In this document: positions 14,750-23,290 of the stretch, piece by piece
How positions within the stretch are numbered: the stretch's first letter is position 1
How the letters are laid out: each line of letters opens with the position of its first letter
Source: Nitrososphaerota archaeon
GTDB taxonomy: Archaea; Thermoproteota; Nitrososphaeria_A; Caldarchaeales; Calditenuaceae
Length of the DNA: 32,000 nucleotides
Reading direction: 5' to 3'
Assembly (NCBI GenBank): GCA_033581555.1
Contig: JAVQSZ010000004.1
Coordinates: 109,786-141,785, forward strand
Translations under genes and position numbers: made by a program
Notes under the pieces: model-generated
What the model saw: the letters and a program-made list of their open reading frames with translations, nothing else
Told to the model about the DNA's origin: nothing
Database searches by the model: none

Positions 14750-15874
14750 GTGGGTCGCGTTGCGGTCGTCGGCGCCGGTCCAGCAGGCCTGACCGCCGCG
14801 AGGGAGTTAGCTGGGCTGGGGCACGAGGTTACGGTCTTCGAGGAGGACGAGGTAGTGGGGAGGCCGGAACACTGCGCGGGCCTCTACAGCATCAGCGGCC
14901 TAAGGAGGATGGGCGCGTGGAGTCCGAGGTACGTCTTGAACTACGTGAGGGGTGCGGTCTTCAGGTCGTCGAGGGGGAGGGAGCTGATCGTGAGGAGGCC
15001 GAGTCCGATCGCCGTTGTCGCGAGCAGGGAGGAGCTAGATCGACACTTGGCGGAGCTCGCTGCCTCGAGGGGGGCCGAGATAGGGCTGGGCGCGAGGGTG
15101 ACCGGCCTGAGCCTGAAGGGCAGGCCCGAGCTGCGCGTCGGTGGCGACCAGAGGGAGTTCGACGCGGTGGTCGTCGCGGAGGGGATGAAGAGGTCGCTGG
15201 CGAGGGCGCTCTTCGGACGAATAACTGAGGCCCAGCCGATCCCGATCGTTCAGTCGCTGGTCAGAGGTCACGGACTAGAACCCGACGCGGTCCACGTCTG
15301 GTTCGAGCAGTACCTGAGGGACTACTTCGCCTACGCCGTCCCCATCGACGAGGAGCTGGCGAGGATAGGGCTCGCCTCGAGGAGCGGGCCGCTCGAGCTG
15401 TTGAGGAGGTTCGTGAAAGAGAAGTTCCCGGGGGCGAAGGTCCTGGGCTACCAGGTCCACTCGCTCTGGCTGGAGGGGCCCCTTGACGTCGGGCTCGAGG
15501 GTCGAGCGGTGTTGGTTGGGGACTGCGCCGGTCAGACCAAGCCGCTCACGGGCGGGGGCGTGGTCGTGGGCGGGCTCTGCGCGATCGCGGCCGCGAAACA
15601 CGTCCACGCGCTCCTCGAGGACGGGAGGGACGGGACCTACAGGAGGTCGGTGAGGTGGATCTACCGGGACCTGAGGGCGACGAAGCTCCTCAGGGACCTG
15701 CTGACGCGGAGGGTGGGCGTCGACGAGCTGATAGAGGCCGCGGCCGACTCGGGAATTGAGAGGAGGATATCGAGCGTGGGAGACATGGACTTCCACGCTC
15801 TTACCGCGCTCAGGGCCCTACCCTCCCTGAGCGGAGCGAGGTTCCTGGCGAGGCTCCTCAGAGCTCTGTTCTAG
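14750..15874 (+). CDS. geranylgeranyl reductase-family FAD-dependent oxidoreductase
   Basis: VAVVGAGPAGLTAARELAGLGHEVTVFEE...HCAGLYS and the later GDCAGQTKPLTGGGV are typical of the digeranylgeranylglycerophospholipid reductase family. The start is GTG. The stop overlaps the convergent citrate synthase stop (CTAG). Confidence 0.8.
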   Translation: MGRVAVVGAGPAGLTAARELAGLGHEVTVFEEDEVVGRPEHCAGLYSISGLRRMGAWSPRYVLNYVRGAVFRSSRGRELIVRRPSPIAVVASREELDRHLAELAASRGAEIGLGARVTGLSLKGRPELRVGGDQREFDAVVVAEGMKRSLARALFGRITEAQPIPIVQSLVRGHGLEPDAVHVWFEQYLRDYFAYAVPIDEELARIGLASRSGPLELLRRFVKEKFPGAKVLGYQVHSLWLEGPLDVGLEGRAVLVGDCAGQTKPLTGGGVVVGGLCAIAAAKHVHALLEDGRDGTYRRSVRWIYRDLRATKLLRDLLTRRVGVDELIEAAADSGIERRISSVGDMDFHALTALRALPSLSGARFLARLLRALF

Positions 15875-17034
15875 TGGCGCTCCTCGATCGGGACGTACTT
15901 CTGCCCGACGGGTGGACCGACGTAATGGTGCAGCGGCCTGATCAGCCTGTTGTCCCTCCAGTACTCGAGGACGTGGGCTACCCAGCCGACCACCCTGCTG
16001 ACCGCGAAGACCGCGGTGAAGTAGTTGGGAGGTATCCCGACCGCGGTGTAGACCATCGGGGTCCAGAAGTCGAGGTTCGGGAAGAGCCCCTTTGGCCCGA
16101 GCTTCGCGATCGCGGCCTCCTCGAGCCTCATTGCGATCTCGTAGAGGGTCCTTACCTTTCCTCCGACGATTTGGGCGGCCCTGGCGGCCATCGCCTTGAC
16201 GACCTTCGCCCTCGGGTCGTAGATCTTGTAGACCCTGTGGCCGAATCCCATCACGCGCCTCTTCTCGGAGAGGGCCTTCTCGAGCCAGGCCTCAACTCTG
16301 TTCGGGTCGCCGATCTCCATGAACTGCTGGTACGCCGCCTCCGCCGCGCCTCCGTGCAGGGGCCCCTTGAGGGTCATGATGCCCGAGACGATTGAGGAGT
16401 AGACGTCGCTGAGGGTGGAGGCGGTGACGACGGCCCCGAAGGTAGAGGCGGGGACACCGTGCTCCGCGTGGAGGATGAGGATGTCGTCGAGGAACTCGAG
16501 CTGATAGGGCTCCGGCCTCTTGGACGTGACCAGGTGGATCAGGTTGCCGGCTATGCCCAGTGACGGGTCCGGCGGGATGGGCTCCTCGCCCCCTTGGACC
16601 CGAATCACGTTCCCGAGGACTGACCCGGCCTTCGCCAGCGCCCTCAACGCGTGGCGCATGTGGTCTCCGTCGCCCGTTGCGCGCTTCTCGGTCAAAATGT
16701 AGTACGCCGCAAGCGCGTCCATCCCTCCGACCCTCTTCGCCGCGAACTTCACGGTCTCGAGCTCGTCGCCGTCGAGGACCATCTCCTCCTTCAGCCTCGT
16801 CAGGAACTCCCCGAACTCGGTCCTGTTGGGGAGCCGACCGTTCAGCAACAGGTACGAGACCTCCTCGTAACTGCTCTTCGCGACGAGCTCTTCGACGTCG
16901 TAACCGACGTAGTAGAGCTTGCCGTTCTCGGTGTCTATCAGGCAGAGCGAGCTCTCGAGCACGTGAACGCCCTCGAGACCCTTATAGACCTTGGGCGAAG
17001 CCTCCATGATCGACTTCTGTATGACGCTCGCCAT
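15871..17034 (-). CDS. citrate synthase / 2-methylcitrate synthase
   Basis: Citrate synthase signatures are present: ILHAEHG, GPLHGGA and GFGHRVYKIYDPRA. It lies 25 nt downstream of prpD on the same strand, so the two are probably co-transcribed. Confidence 0.92.
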   Translation of the reverse strand: MASVIQKSIMEASPKVYKGLEGVHVLESSLCLIDTENGKLYYVGYDVEELVAKSSYEEVSYLLLNGRLPNRTEFGEFLTRLKEEMVLDGDELETVKFAAKRVGGMDALAAYYILTEKRATGDGDHMRHALRALAKAGSVLGNVIRVQGGEEPIPPDPSLGIAGNLIHLVTSKRPEPYQLEFLDDILILHAEHGVPASTFGAVVTASTLSDVYSSIVSGIMTLKGPLHGGAAEAAYQQFMEIGDPNRVEAWLEKALSEKRRVMGFGHRVYKIYDPRAKVVKAMAARAAQIVGGKVRTLYEIAMRLEEAAIAKLGPKGLFPNLDFWTPMVYTAVGIPPNYFTAVFAVSRVVGWVAHVLEYWRDNRLIRPLHHYVGPPVGQKYVPIEERH

Positions 17035-17059
17035 TAATAGTCTTTACACCCAAAAGAGA

Positions 17060-18436
17060 TCAGGTTCGCCTTACGTAGAACTCGGTCAGCTCCGAGACCG
17101 AACGGAGGTCCTCGACGTAGGTGGCAAGCCGGAGCAGCCGCTCGGAACGCGAGGGGCCGAGCACGGGCTCCGCGAGCCTTCTGAACTTCTCGGCCAGCTG
17201 GCCGTCGGACATCGGGTTCCTGAAGTGGCCGGTCGGGTAGATGACCTCCTTGGAGAGCGTCCGACCATCGGAGGTCCTCAAGGTCACCCTGTTCGGGACG
17301 GCGCCGGGGTAGATCTCGTCGTACCTCGGGTCGACCTCGACTCGCGTCCTGGAGATGACCTCGAGCAGTAGGGGGTCGTTGAGCTTTGCGTCGGTATAGG
17401 AGTCGATCCAGATGTCGCCGTCGATCAAGGTCCTCGCGGTGATGTAGGGGAGGCTGTGGTCGGCCGTCTCCCTGGTCCTCGGCCTCCACTTCTCGGGGTC
17501 CTTGACGATGATCTTGTGCGAGACCGTGAACGTGTGGATCTCCACTCCCGCTATCCTCCTCGGGTCCCCGACCTCCCTCCTCAGCTCGATCGCCGCCTCC
17601 ACCGCCGACATCGAGTGATACTCTACCGGCCACCTCTTGATGCTGGTCATAAGGGTCCTGAAGGGCTGGCCGTCCCTGCCTCCTAAGGTTGGTAGCGAAG
17701 GAGCGGTCCCCGCTATCACCCTCCAGTAACCCATCTCGCCCTCGAAGATCGGAGCAGGGCCCGTCATCCCCTCTGCTGCAAGCATCGCCGCGAAGACGCC
17801 GTGCCGGGCCGCGTAGGCCGCCGCGCAACCCTTCCACATGCTCAGCTCGCCCGCCCTGGTCTGTCTTAGAGCGGCTGCGTTGACGCCCGCGATGTTGATC
17901 GCTTGCGCGGTCCTCGCTTGGTCAAGCCCTAGGAGCTTCGCGGCCCCGGCGGCCGCGCCGAACGCGATGTTCGAGACGTGGTCGAAGCCCCTGTCCCTGA
18001 GGGTGGCCGTGTCGGCCAGCGCGAGGGCCACCTCGTAGCCCGCGACGATCGAGGTGACCAGCTCGCGGCCCGTCGCGCCTACGGACTCGGCCAGGCCGAT
18101 CAGCCCGGGTATCATGTCGCTCGGGTGGAGCGCCTCCTTCGAGAGGTAGGTGTCGTTGAAGTCGAGGTACCTCACCGCGACGCCGTTTGCGAACGCAGCC
18201 ATGTCCGGAGATACCTTCCTGCCAGAGGAGAGGAGCGTGGCCCCGCGCTCCGTACCGTACTTCTCCGCGACCCTCCTCGCGATCACGACCGGCTCAGCGT
18301 CGATGGCACCGTACATCACCGCCAGCGAGTCGATCAACCTCCTGCTAACCTCCTTCCTCACCTCAGGTGTGAGGTCCTTGAACTCGAGTGAGGTCACGTA
18401 CTCCGCTATCCTGTCTGCAACAGATCTCTCCGACAT
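17060..18436 (-). CDS. prpD: 2-methylcitrate dehydratase (MmgE/PrpD family)
   Basis: The 458-aa product has PrpD-like organisation: N-terminal IAEYV...LTPEVRKEVSRRLIDSLAV, HPSD and later ADHSLPY. A TATA-like GTTATTTATTC (minus strand) lies about 28 nt upstream of the ATG. Confidence 0.88.
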   Translation of the reverse strand: MSERSVADRIAEYVTSLEFKDLTPEVRKEVSRRLIDSLAVMYGAIDAEPVVIARRVAEKYGTERGATLLSSGRKVSPDMAAFANGVAVRYLDFNDTYLSKEALHPSDMIPGLIGLAESVGATGRELVTSIVAGYEVALALADTATLRDRGFDHVSNIAFGAAAGAAKLLGLDQARTAQAINIAGVNAAALRQTRAGELSMWKGCAAAYAARHGVFAAMLAAEGMTGPAPIFEGEMGYWRVIAGTAPSLPTLGGRDGQPFRTLMTSIKRWPVEYHSMSAVEAAIELRREVGDPRRIAGVEIHTFTVSHKIIVKDPEKWRPRTRETADHSLPYITARTLIDGDIWIDSYTDAKLNDPLLLEVISRTRVEVDPRYDEIYPGAVPNRVTLRTSDGRTLSKEVIYPTGHFRNPMSDGQLAEKFRRLAEPVLGPSRSERLLRLATYVEDLRSVSELTEFYVRRT

Positions 18437-18474
18437 CGGGCGTCCGCGGGTCGGGCTGAATAAATAACCTCTGG

Positions 18475-19236
18475 TTAGCCCTCTTCCCTTCCCGGCGACG
18501 TCGAGTGGGACGTCCCGGAGGTCGTGTCGACGGAGACGAGGGCCTTGAGGACCGCCCGTCCGACCTTGTCCACGTACGCCTTCAGTTGCTCGGCGTGGTG
18601 CATGGGAACGTGCTCGACGAGGTTATCGCTGACGATGAGCGCTGCGCCGGACTTGACGCCCCTCATCATGCAAATCCCGAAGATCGTCGCGCACTCCATC
18701 TCGACCGAGACGTACCCCCTCGAGACCCACTTCCTCACGAAGTCGGGGTCCTCGGCGTAGAAGGCGTCGCTGGAGAAGACCGGTCCGACGTACGGCCTGA
18801 CTCCCGCGGCTTGAAGCTCCTCGATGATCCGCCTCTGAACGTCGAAGCTCGGGACGGGCGTGATGTGGGCGTCGGGGACGTACTGGAGGAGGGGGCCGCT
18901 GACGTACGCCGCACCGGTAGGGACGACGACGTCGCCTATCCTCATCCCCTTCAGGAAGGCCCCGGTGGTCCCGAGCCTGACGATCACCCTCGAGCCTAGC
19001 ATGATCAACTCCTCTACCACGCCGGCGGTGGACGCGCCGCCGACGCCGTGGCAGGCGACCGTGACCGGGACGCCCTCGAACTTCCCCGTGTACGTGACGA
19101 AGCCCCTGTTCTCGTTGACTAGCCTCGCATCGGAGAGGTGCTCGGCCAGCTGCCTCACCCTCGCGGGGTCACCGACGACGACGGCTCTCTCAGCTATGGC
19201 TTCCCTCGGTGCTCTGATGAAGACGGGCTCTGGCAC
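18475..19236 (-). CDS. nucleoside phosphorylase, PNP/UDP family 1 (uridine / purine / MTA phosphorylase-like)
   Basis: VVVGDPARV, CHGVGGASTAGVVEELIMLG, RLGTTGA and VSVEMECATIF resemble Udp/DeoD-type hexameric phosphorylases. The start is GTG and is uncertain. A Ser/Thr-rich C-terminal tail is present. Confidence 0.82.
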   Translation of the reverse strand: MPEPVFIRAPREAIAERAVVVGDPARVRQLAEHLSDARLVNENRGFVTYTGKFEGVPVTVACHGVGGASTAGVVEELIMLGSRVIVRLGTTGAFLKGMRIGDVVVPTGAAYVSGPLLQYVPDAHITPVPSFDVQRRIIEELQAAGVRPYVGPVFSSDAFYAEDPDFVRKWVSRGYVSVEMECATIFGICMMRGVKSGAALIVSDNLVEHVPMHHAEQLKAYVDKVGRAVLKALVSVDTTSGTSHSTSPGREEG

Positions 19237-19267
19237 GGCCTACCCGACTAAAAGAGCGATATCAGTG

Positions 19268-20548
19268 TTACCGGACCGGACCCGAGCTCCTCTTCGACTC
19301 CCTGACGAACTGCTCGACCTCCGTCGAGCCCTCCAGCGCCCTCGCGGAGGCCTCGCCCCCGGTTATCACGTCGTACAGCTTGTCGTAGTAATGCGTCCCG
19401 ACGAAAGTCTGGTGCTTCGCGGCCCTGTAGCCGAACCTCTCCAGCTCGAACTCCCGCTCCTGGAGCTCCACGTAGGCCGGCATCGCCCTCTGCCTTAGCC
19501 CCCTCGCCAGCTCGAACATCGAGGCGTTGAGCGCGTGGAATCCTGCTAGCGTTATGAACTGGAACTTGTAGCCCATCCTCCCAAGCTCGTCCTGGAAGGC
19601 TGCGATCTCCTCGTCGGTGAGGGACTTCCTCCAGTTGAAGGAGGGCGAGAGGTTGTACGCCAGCATCTTATCCGGGTACCTCGAGAGGACCTTCTTCGCG
19701 AACTCCTTCGCATCGCTGAGGCTGAGCCTCTTCGTCTCGAACCAGATCATCTCCGCGAGCGGCGCGACCTCGAGGGCCCTGTCGATCGCAGCGTCGAGCC
19801 CTCCCCTGAACCTGAAGTAGCCCTCTGGGGTCTTCTCGCCGTAGACGTACTTGCTGTCGACTGGGTCGTGGTCGCTGGTTATGTAGGACGCGCCCTCCGC
19901 GTCGGTTCGGGCTATCAGTACCATCGGGACGTCCAAGACGTCGGCCGCTAGCCTCGCGGCGATCAGCGTCCTCTTGAAGTTGCCGAGAGGCGCTAGGACC
20001 TTCCCGCCCAGGTGGCCGCACCTCCTCTCGGTAGGGTGCTGGTCCTCGAGGTGGACTGACGCGACTCCTGTCTCAAGGAACGCACTGACCAGCTCGAAGG
20101 CGTGAAGCGGTCCTCCGAACCCCGCCTCGCCGTCGGCGATCAGGGGGACGAAGTAGTCGGGGCGGCTCCTCCCCTCGAGGGCCCTGATCTGGTCGGCCCT
20201 CCGCAGTGCCTTCAGGATCCTCTTCACCAGTATGGGGCCGCTGTTGCTCGGGTAGAGCCCGAGGTCCGGGTACATCGAGTAGGCCTCGTTGGCGTCCGCT
20301 GCGACCTGCCAACCGCTGACGTAGATCGCCTCGAAGCCCGCGTCGACCATCTGGACCGCTTGGCTGCCCGTGAGGGCTCCAGCAGCGAAAACGTACGGCC
20401 TGGTCTTGAGGAGGTTCCAGAACTTCTCCGAGAGGGCCTTCGCGATCGCGCACTCAGTAGGCCAGCTGCCCCTCAGCAGCCGAACGTCCTCAAACGAGTA
20501 CGGCCTCTCGATCCCGCGCCACCGTTCTCCCTTCCAGCCTTCAGCCAT
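19268..20548 (-). CDS. aceA: isocitrate lyase (possibly also methylisocitrate lyase)
   Basis: The 426-aa product carries the ICL signature region HLEDQHPTERRCGHLGGKVL. Its length fits the ICL class, not the roughly 295-aa PrpB class. Confidence 0.9.
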   Translation of the reverse strand: MAEGWKGERWRGIERPYSFEDVRLLRGSWPTECAIAKALSEKFWNLLKTRPYVFAAGALTGSQAVQMVDAGFEAIYVSGWQVAADANEAYSMYPDLGLYPSNSGPILVKRILKALRRADQIRALEGRSRPDYFVPLIADGEAGFGGPLHAFELVSAFLETGVASVHLEDQHPTERRCGHLGGKVLAPLGNFKRTLIAARLAADVLDVPMVLIARTDAEGASYITSDHDPVDSKYVYGEKTPEGYFRFRGGLDAAIDRALEVAPLAEMIWFETKRLSLSDAKEFAKKVLSRYPDKMLAYNLSPSFNWRKSLTDEEIAAFQDELGRMGYKFQFITLAGFHALNASMFELARGLRQRAMPAYVELQEREFELERFGYRAAKHQTFVGTHYYDKLYDVITGGEASARALEGSTEVEQFVRESKRSSGPVR

Positions 20549-20716
20549 GACGCTCCCATCTCATCCGACTCGTTGATATAACCATTTACGGCTGTTTCGC
20601 TAGAACTTACTTTTTCAACGAAATCCTATACCTAACTTAAGTTCAGCGATCCCGACGCGTTACCGGACCTTACGTCATTCGTAAAGCCAGATATGTCGAC
20701 GGGACGGATTCTTCTC

Positions 20717-21355
20717 TCACTTGAGGGGGTTCTCCTTGAGGTACCTCTTGATGACGTAGACTGAGACAAGCAGGAGAAGGACCGTCACCGCGACGTTCAC
20801 CGGAAACGGGAACCAGAGGGAGGGCGTGGTGATCAGGGAGATCGCCGCGAGCGTCGTCGGGAGGAGGAAGAAGAGGAGCGCGACGAAGAAGAGGTCGTAG
20901 AGCCTCGAGGAGACGAGCTGCGCGACGGAGTCCAGCCAACTGTCCTTCACGGGAGCGTCGACGGGCTGGGTCTGTAGGGTCGTCACGAGGTCCGCGAAGA
21001 GCTTGCCGTCCGAGGAGTAGACGCCATCAGGGGAGACGAAGGCTACGTTCCTTTCGCCCGACCTGATGATGATCATGTTGGAGGTCGGCACGGCCTCGAA
21101 CCCGTGCATCTTGGCGACCCTCGTTACGGCCCTTATGGTGGCGTCGCTGATCTTGATCCCGAGCTTCGGGTCCGAGTACCCGACCACTATCGGGTCCACC
21201 GAGGCCACCCTGTTCACCGTGAACCGCTCGTCCCTGAACGTCGGCGCGTCCTTCATGATCGCGGTGGGCGGCGAGCCCTGGGAGAGCTGAGACCGGACCC
21301 AGTCGACAGCCTTCTCGAAGGCCTCGGACATTTCGTCGTCTCGGGATCCGGTCAT
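20717..21355 (-). CDS. hypothetical membrane protein: soluble N-terminal domain plus two C-terminal TM helices
   Basis: It starts with ATG, and codon usage is consistent with its neighbours. The C-terminal hydrophobic segments are LYDLFFVALLFFLLPTTLAAISLI and FPVNVAVTVLLLLVSVYVI. I recognise no family. Confidence 0.55.
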   Translation of the reverse strand: MTGSRDDEMSEAFEKAVDWVRSQLSQGSPPTAIMKDAPTFRDERFTVNRVASVDPIVVGYSDPKLGIKISDATIRAVTRVAKMHGFEAVPTSNMIIIRSGERNVAFVSPDGVYSSDGKLFADLVTTLQTQPVDAPVKDSWLDSVAQLVSSRLYDLFFVALLFFLLPTTLAAISLITTPSLWFPFPVNVAVTVLLLLVSVYVIKRYLKENPLK

Positions 21356-21417
21356 TAATTTTAACGTTCTTTTACCAAGGGGTATCCCTAAATTGCCCTA
21401 ATCGTAGACAATTCGAG

Positions 21418-21798
21418 ATGGTTGCGCCGCCGGAGCAGCTGTGGTTCCTCTGGGACCCCTTCATCCTCTACGTGATACTGGTGCTCTTGGCCCCCGACGC
21501 ATTCTACATCGTCTCGTGGTTGATCTCGCCCAGGAGGCCCTCGAGGGTGAAGAGAATGGCGTTCGAGTCCGGTCAGGCGCCGATCAGGTCGGCGATAGGC
21601 TCGTTCCCCGTCGAGTACTTCCCGTACATCATCATCTACGTCGCCTACGCGGTCGTTGCGATTCTAGTCTTCGTCTCGCTGGTCTCGGTGGTGGAGACGG
21701 GAGTCACGCCGCCGCTGCTCCTGTTACTGGCCCTCGCGACCGTCGCCTCCTTCTACGCGAGCTCTCAGCTGAAGGAAGTCGTCGGGAGGAGGGGTTGA
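21418..21798 (+). CDS. nuoA: NADH:quinone oxidoreductase subunit A-like protein (divergent)
   Basis: The three-TM layout and the loop motif MAFESGQAPI correspond to the xFESG / YECG loop of NuoA. It sits immediately upstream of nuoH. Confidence 0.7.
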   Translation: MVAPPEQLWFLWDPFILYVILVLLAPDAFYIVSWLISPRRPSRVKRMAFESGQAPIRSAIGSFPVEYFPYIIIYVAYAVVAILVFVSLVSVVETGVTPPLLLLLALATVASFYASSQLKEVVGRRG

Positions 21799-21802
21799 GG
21801 GG

Positions 21803-22855
21803 ATGATCGACCAGATCGCGCAGCAGCTCTCGGCCTCGCCCGAGCCCATCAGGACGCTCCTCTCGTGGGTCTTCTCCGACGCCTTCATCAAGGCCGCGAT
21901 ATTCCCCGGGGCCCTCTTCAGCACGATCCTCGGGATGTTCGCCGTCTGGTACGAGAGGAAGCTCCTCGCCAGGGTGATGCTCAGGGTCGGGCCGCTCCAC
22001 GTCGGGAAGGTCTCGGGACTTCTGCAGCTGATAGCCGACGCGGTCAAGTTCCTCGCGAAGGAGCCGATAACTCCCTCCTCCGCGATCAAGCCCCTCTTCT
22101 GGACGATGCCCTCAGCGGCCCTCCTGCTCTCCCTGATGCTCTTCGCGTTCCTCCCCTTCGGCGCAGGCTGGGTCATCTACCCTAGCGAGATAGGCCTCCT
22201 GCTCTTCTTCGCGGTGATAGCCGTCTCGCCGATCCCGATACTGCTGGCAGCCTACGCCTCTGGTAGCAAGTACCCGCTGATCGGGCTCACGAGGATGGCC
22301 CTCCAGCTATTCGGCTACGAGGTCCCGCTCTTTCTCGCGCTCGCTGGGGTGGTCCTGATGGCGGGGTCCTTCAACATCGAGAGGATCGTGGAGGCACAAG
22401 CGAGGGCTCCCTTCGTCCTCCCACAGTTCATCGGGTTCGTCGTCTTCTTCACGACGGTCCTCGCCGAGACCGAGAGGGTGCCCTTCGACATCCCGACCGC
22501 TGAGGGCGAGATCGTCTTCGGGTGGCAGACTGAGTACTCAGGGGCCCACTTCGTCGTCCTTCAGCTCGCGATGTATGAGAAGACGTTGGCCCTCTGCGTC
22601 CTCGGAGCGCTCCTCTACCTGGGAGGGTGGCACGGACCCCCGATCCCGTTCCTGCCCGAGACCGTCGCTGCGCCGTTCTGGGTGATCGCCAAGGCTTTGA
22701 TCCTCTTCACGCTGATGGTGTTGATACGGGGAGCCTACCCGAGGTTATCGATAGACAGGGTCCTCGACATCGGATGGCGGTACCTGATACCGCTGGCCCT
22801 GCTGAACCTTCTGATCGTCGGCACGGTCGTCTACCTCTCGGAGGCCTTGGCCTGA
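21803..22855 (+). CDS. nuoH: NADH:quinone oxidoreductase subunit H (ND1 homologue)
   Basis: NuoH blocks are present: YERKLLARVMLRVGP, GLLQLIADAVKFLAKE, YASGSKYPLIGLTRMALQLFGYEVPL and AETERVPFDIPTAEGEIV..GWQTEYSG. A GGAGGAGGGG Shine-Dalgarno-like run precedes the ATG. Confidence 0.93.
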   Translation: MIDQIAQQLSASPEPIRTLLSWVFSDAFIKAAIFPGALFSTILGMFAVWYERKLLARVMLRVGPLHVGKVSGLLQLIADAVKFLAKEPITPSSAIKPLFWTMPSAALLLSLMLFAFLPFGAGWVIYPSEIGLLLFFAVIAVSPIPILLAAYASGSKYPLIGLTRMALQLFGYEVPLFLALAGVVLMAGSFNIERIVEAQARAPFVLPQFIGFVVFFTTVLAETERVPFDIPTAEGEIVFGWQTEYSGAHFVVLQLAMYEKTLALCVLGALLYLGGWHGPPIPFLPETVAAPFWVIAKALILFTLMVLIRGAYPRLSIDRVLDIGWRYLIPLALLNLLIVGTVVYLSEALA

Positions 22856-23236
22856 TCAGCCTCCCTTCAGCCTCTTCAGCCTGAACTCGATCCCCACCGA
22901 GACTATGTTGGCCCTCGAGATCGAGTAGACCGCCTGCTGGACCAGAAGGCCGTGGTCGATGTCGTCTAGCTTACCGTTGGACTCGGAGACCTTCCTGTTC
23001 ATCTCCCTGACGTTGTTGATCAGGTCCCTGAGCCCTGAGAGCTCCGAAGCCAGCTCCTCACCCTCGAGCGACCTGATCCGCTCCGCGGCGCTCCTGACGA
23101 ACCCGTAGTCGTCGGTCTCGACGAACGACCTCAGGTCCGATATCACCAGCCTCAGCTGCTCCCAGGCCTCGCGGAGCGCCCTCTCCCCCAGGGGCATCGC
23201 TCTGAACGCCCGCGCGGTGGTATTTGAGCCGCTCAC
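22856..23236 (-). CDS. hypothetical all-helical cytoplasmic protein (126 aa)
   Basis: The ORF shows genome-typical codon usage and has no TM segments. I recognise no family. The start is GTG at 23236 or ATG at 23197. Confidence 0.45.
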   Translation of the reverse strand: MSGSNTTARAFRAMPLGERALREAWEQLRLVISDLRSFVETDDYGFVRSAAERIRSLEGEELASELSGLRDLINNVREMNRKVSESNGKLDDIDHGLLVQQAVYSISRANIVSVGIEFRLKRLKGG

Positions 23237-23256
23237 GGCCCCACGCCCCTGAACCG

Positions 23257-23265
23257 TTTTTTAGA
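23257..23265. promoter_or_regulatory. single T/A-rich TATA-like element (TTTTTTAGA) shared by divergent genes
   Basis: It is the only AT-rich element in the 54-nt spacer. It lies about 25 nt from the minus-strand start at 23236 and about 30 nt from the plus-strand ATG at 23291. Confidence 0.5.
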
Positions 23266-23290
23266 TGGCCGCCCGCAGGCTGGGGAGGCG

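Noticed and set aside
20600-20700. A possible C/D-box sRNA or small ORF in the aceA upstream spacer. The minus strand has AATGACG ... CTGA, and there is a 9-codon ATG ORF at about 20693.
   Set aside because: The C-box has two mismatches and the boxes are only about 36 nt apart, with no C' or D' boxes. The ORF is too short and lacks any supporting signal.
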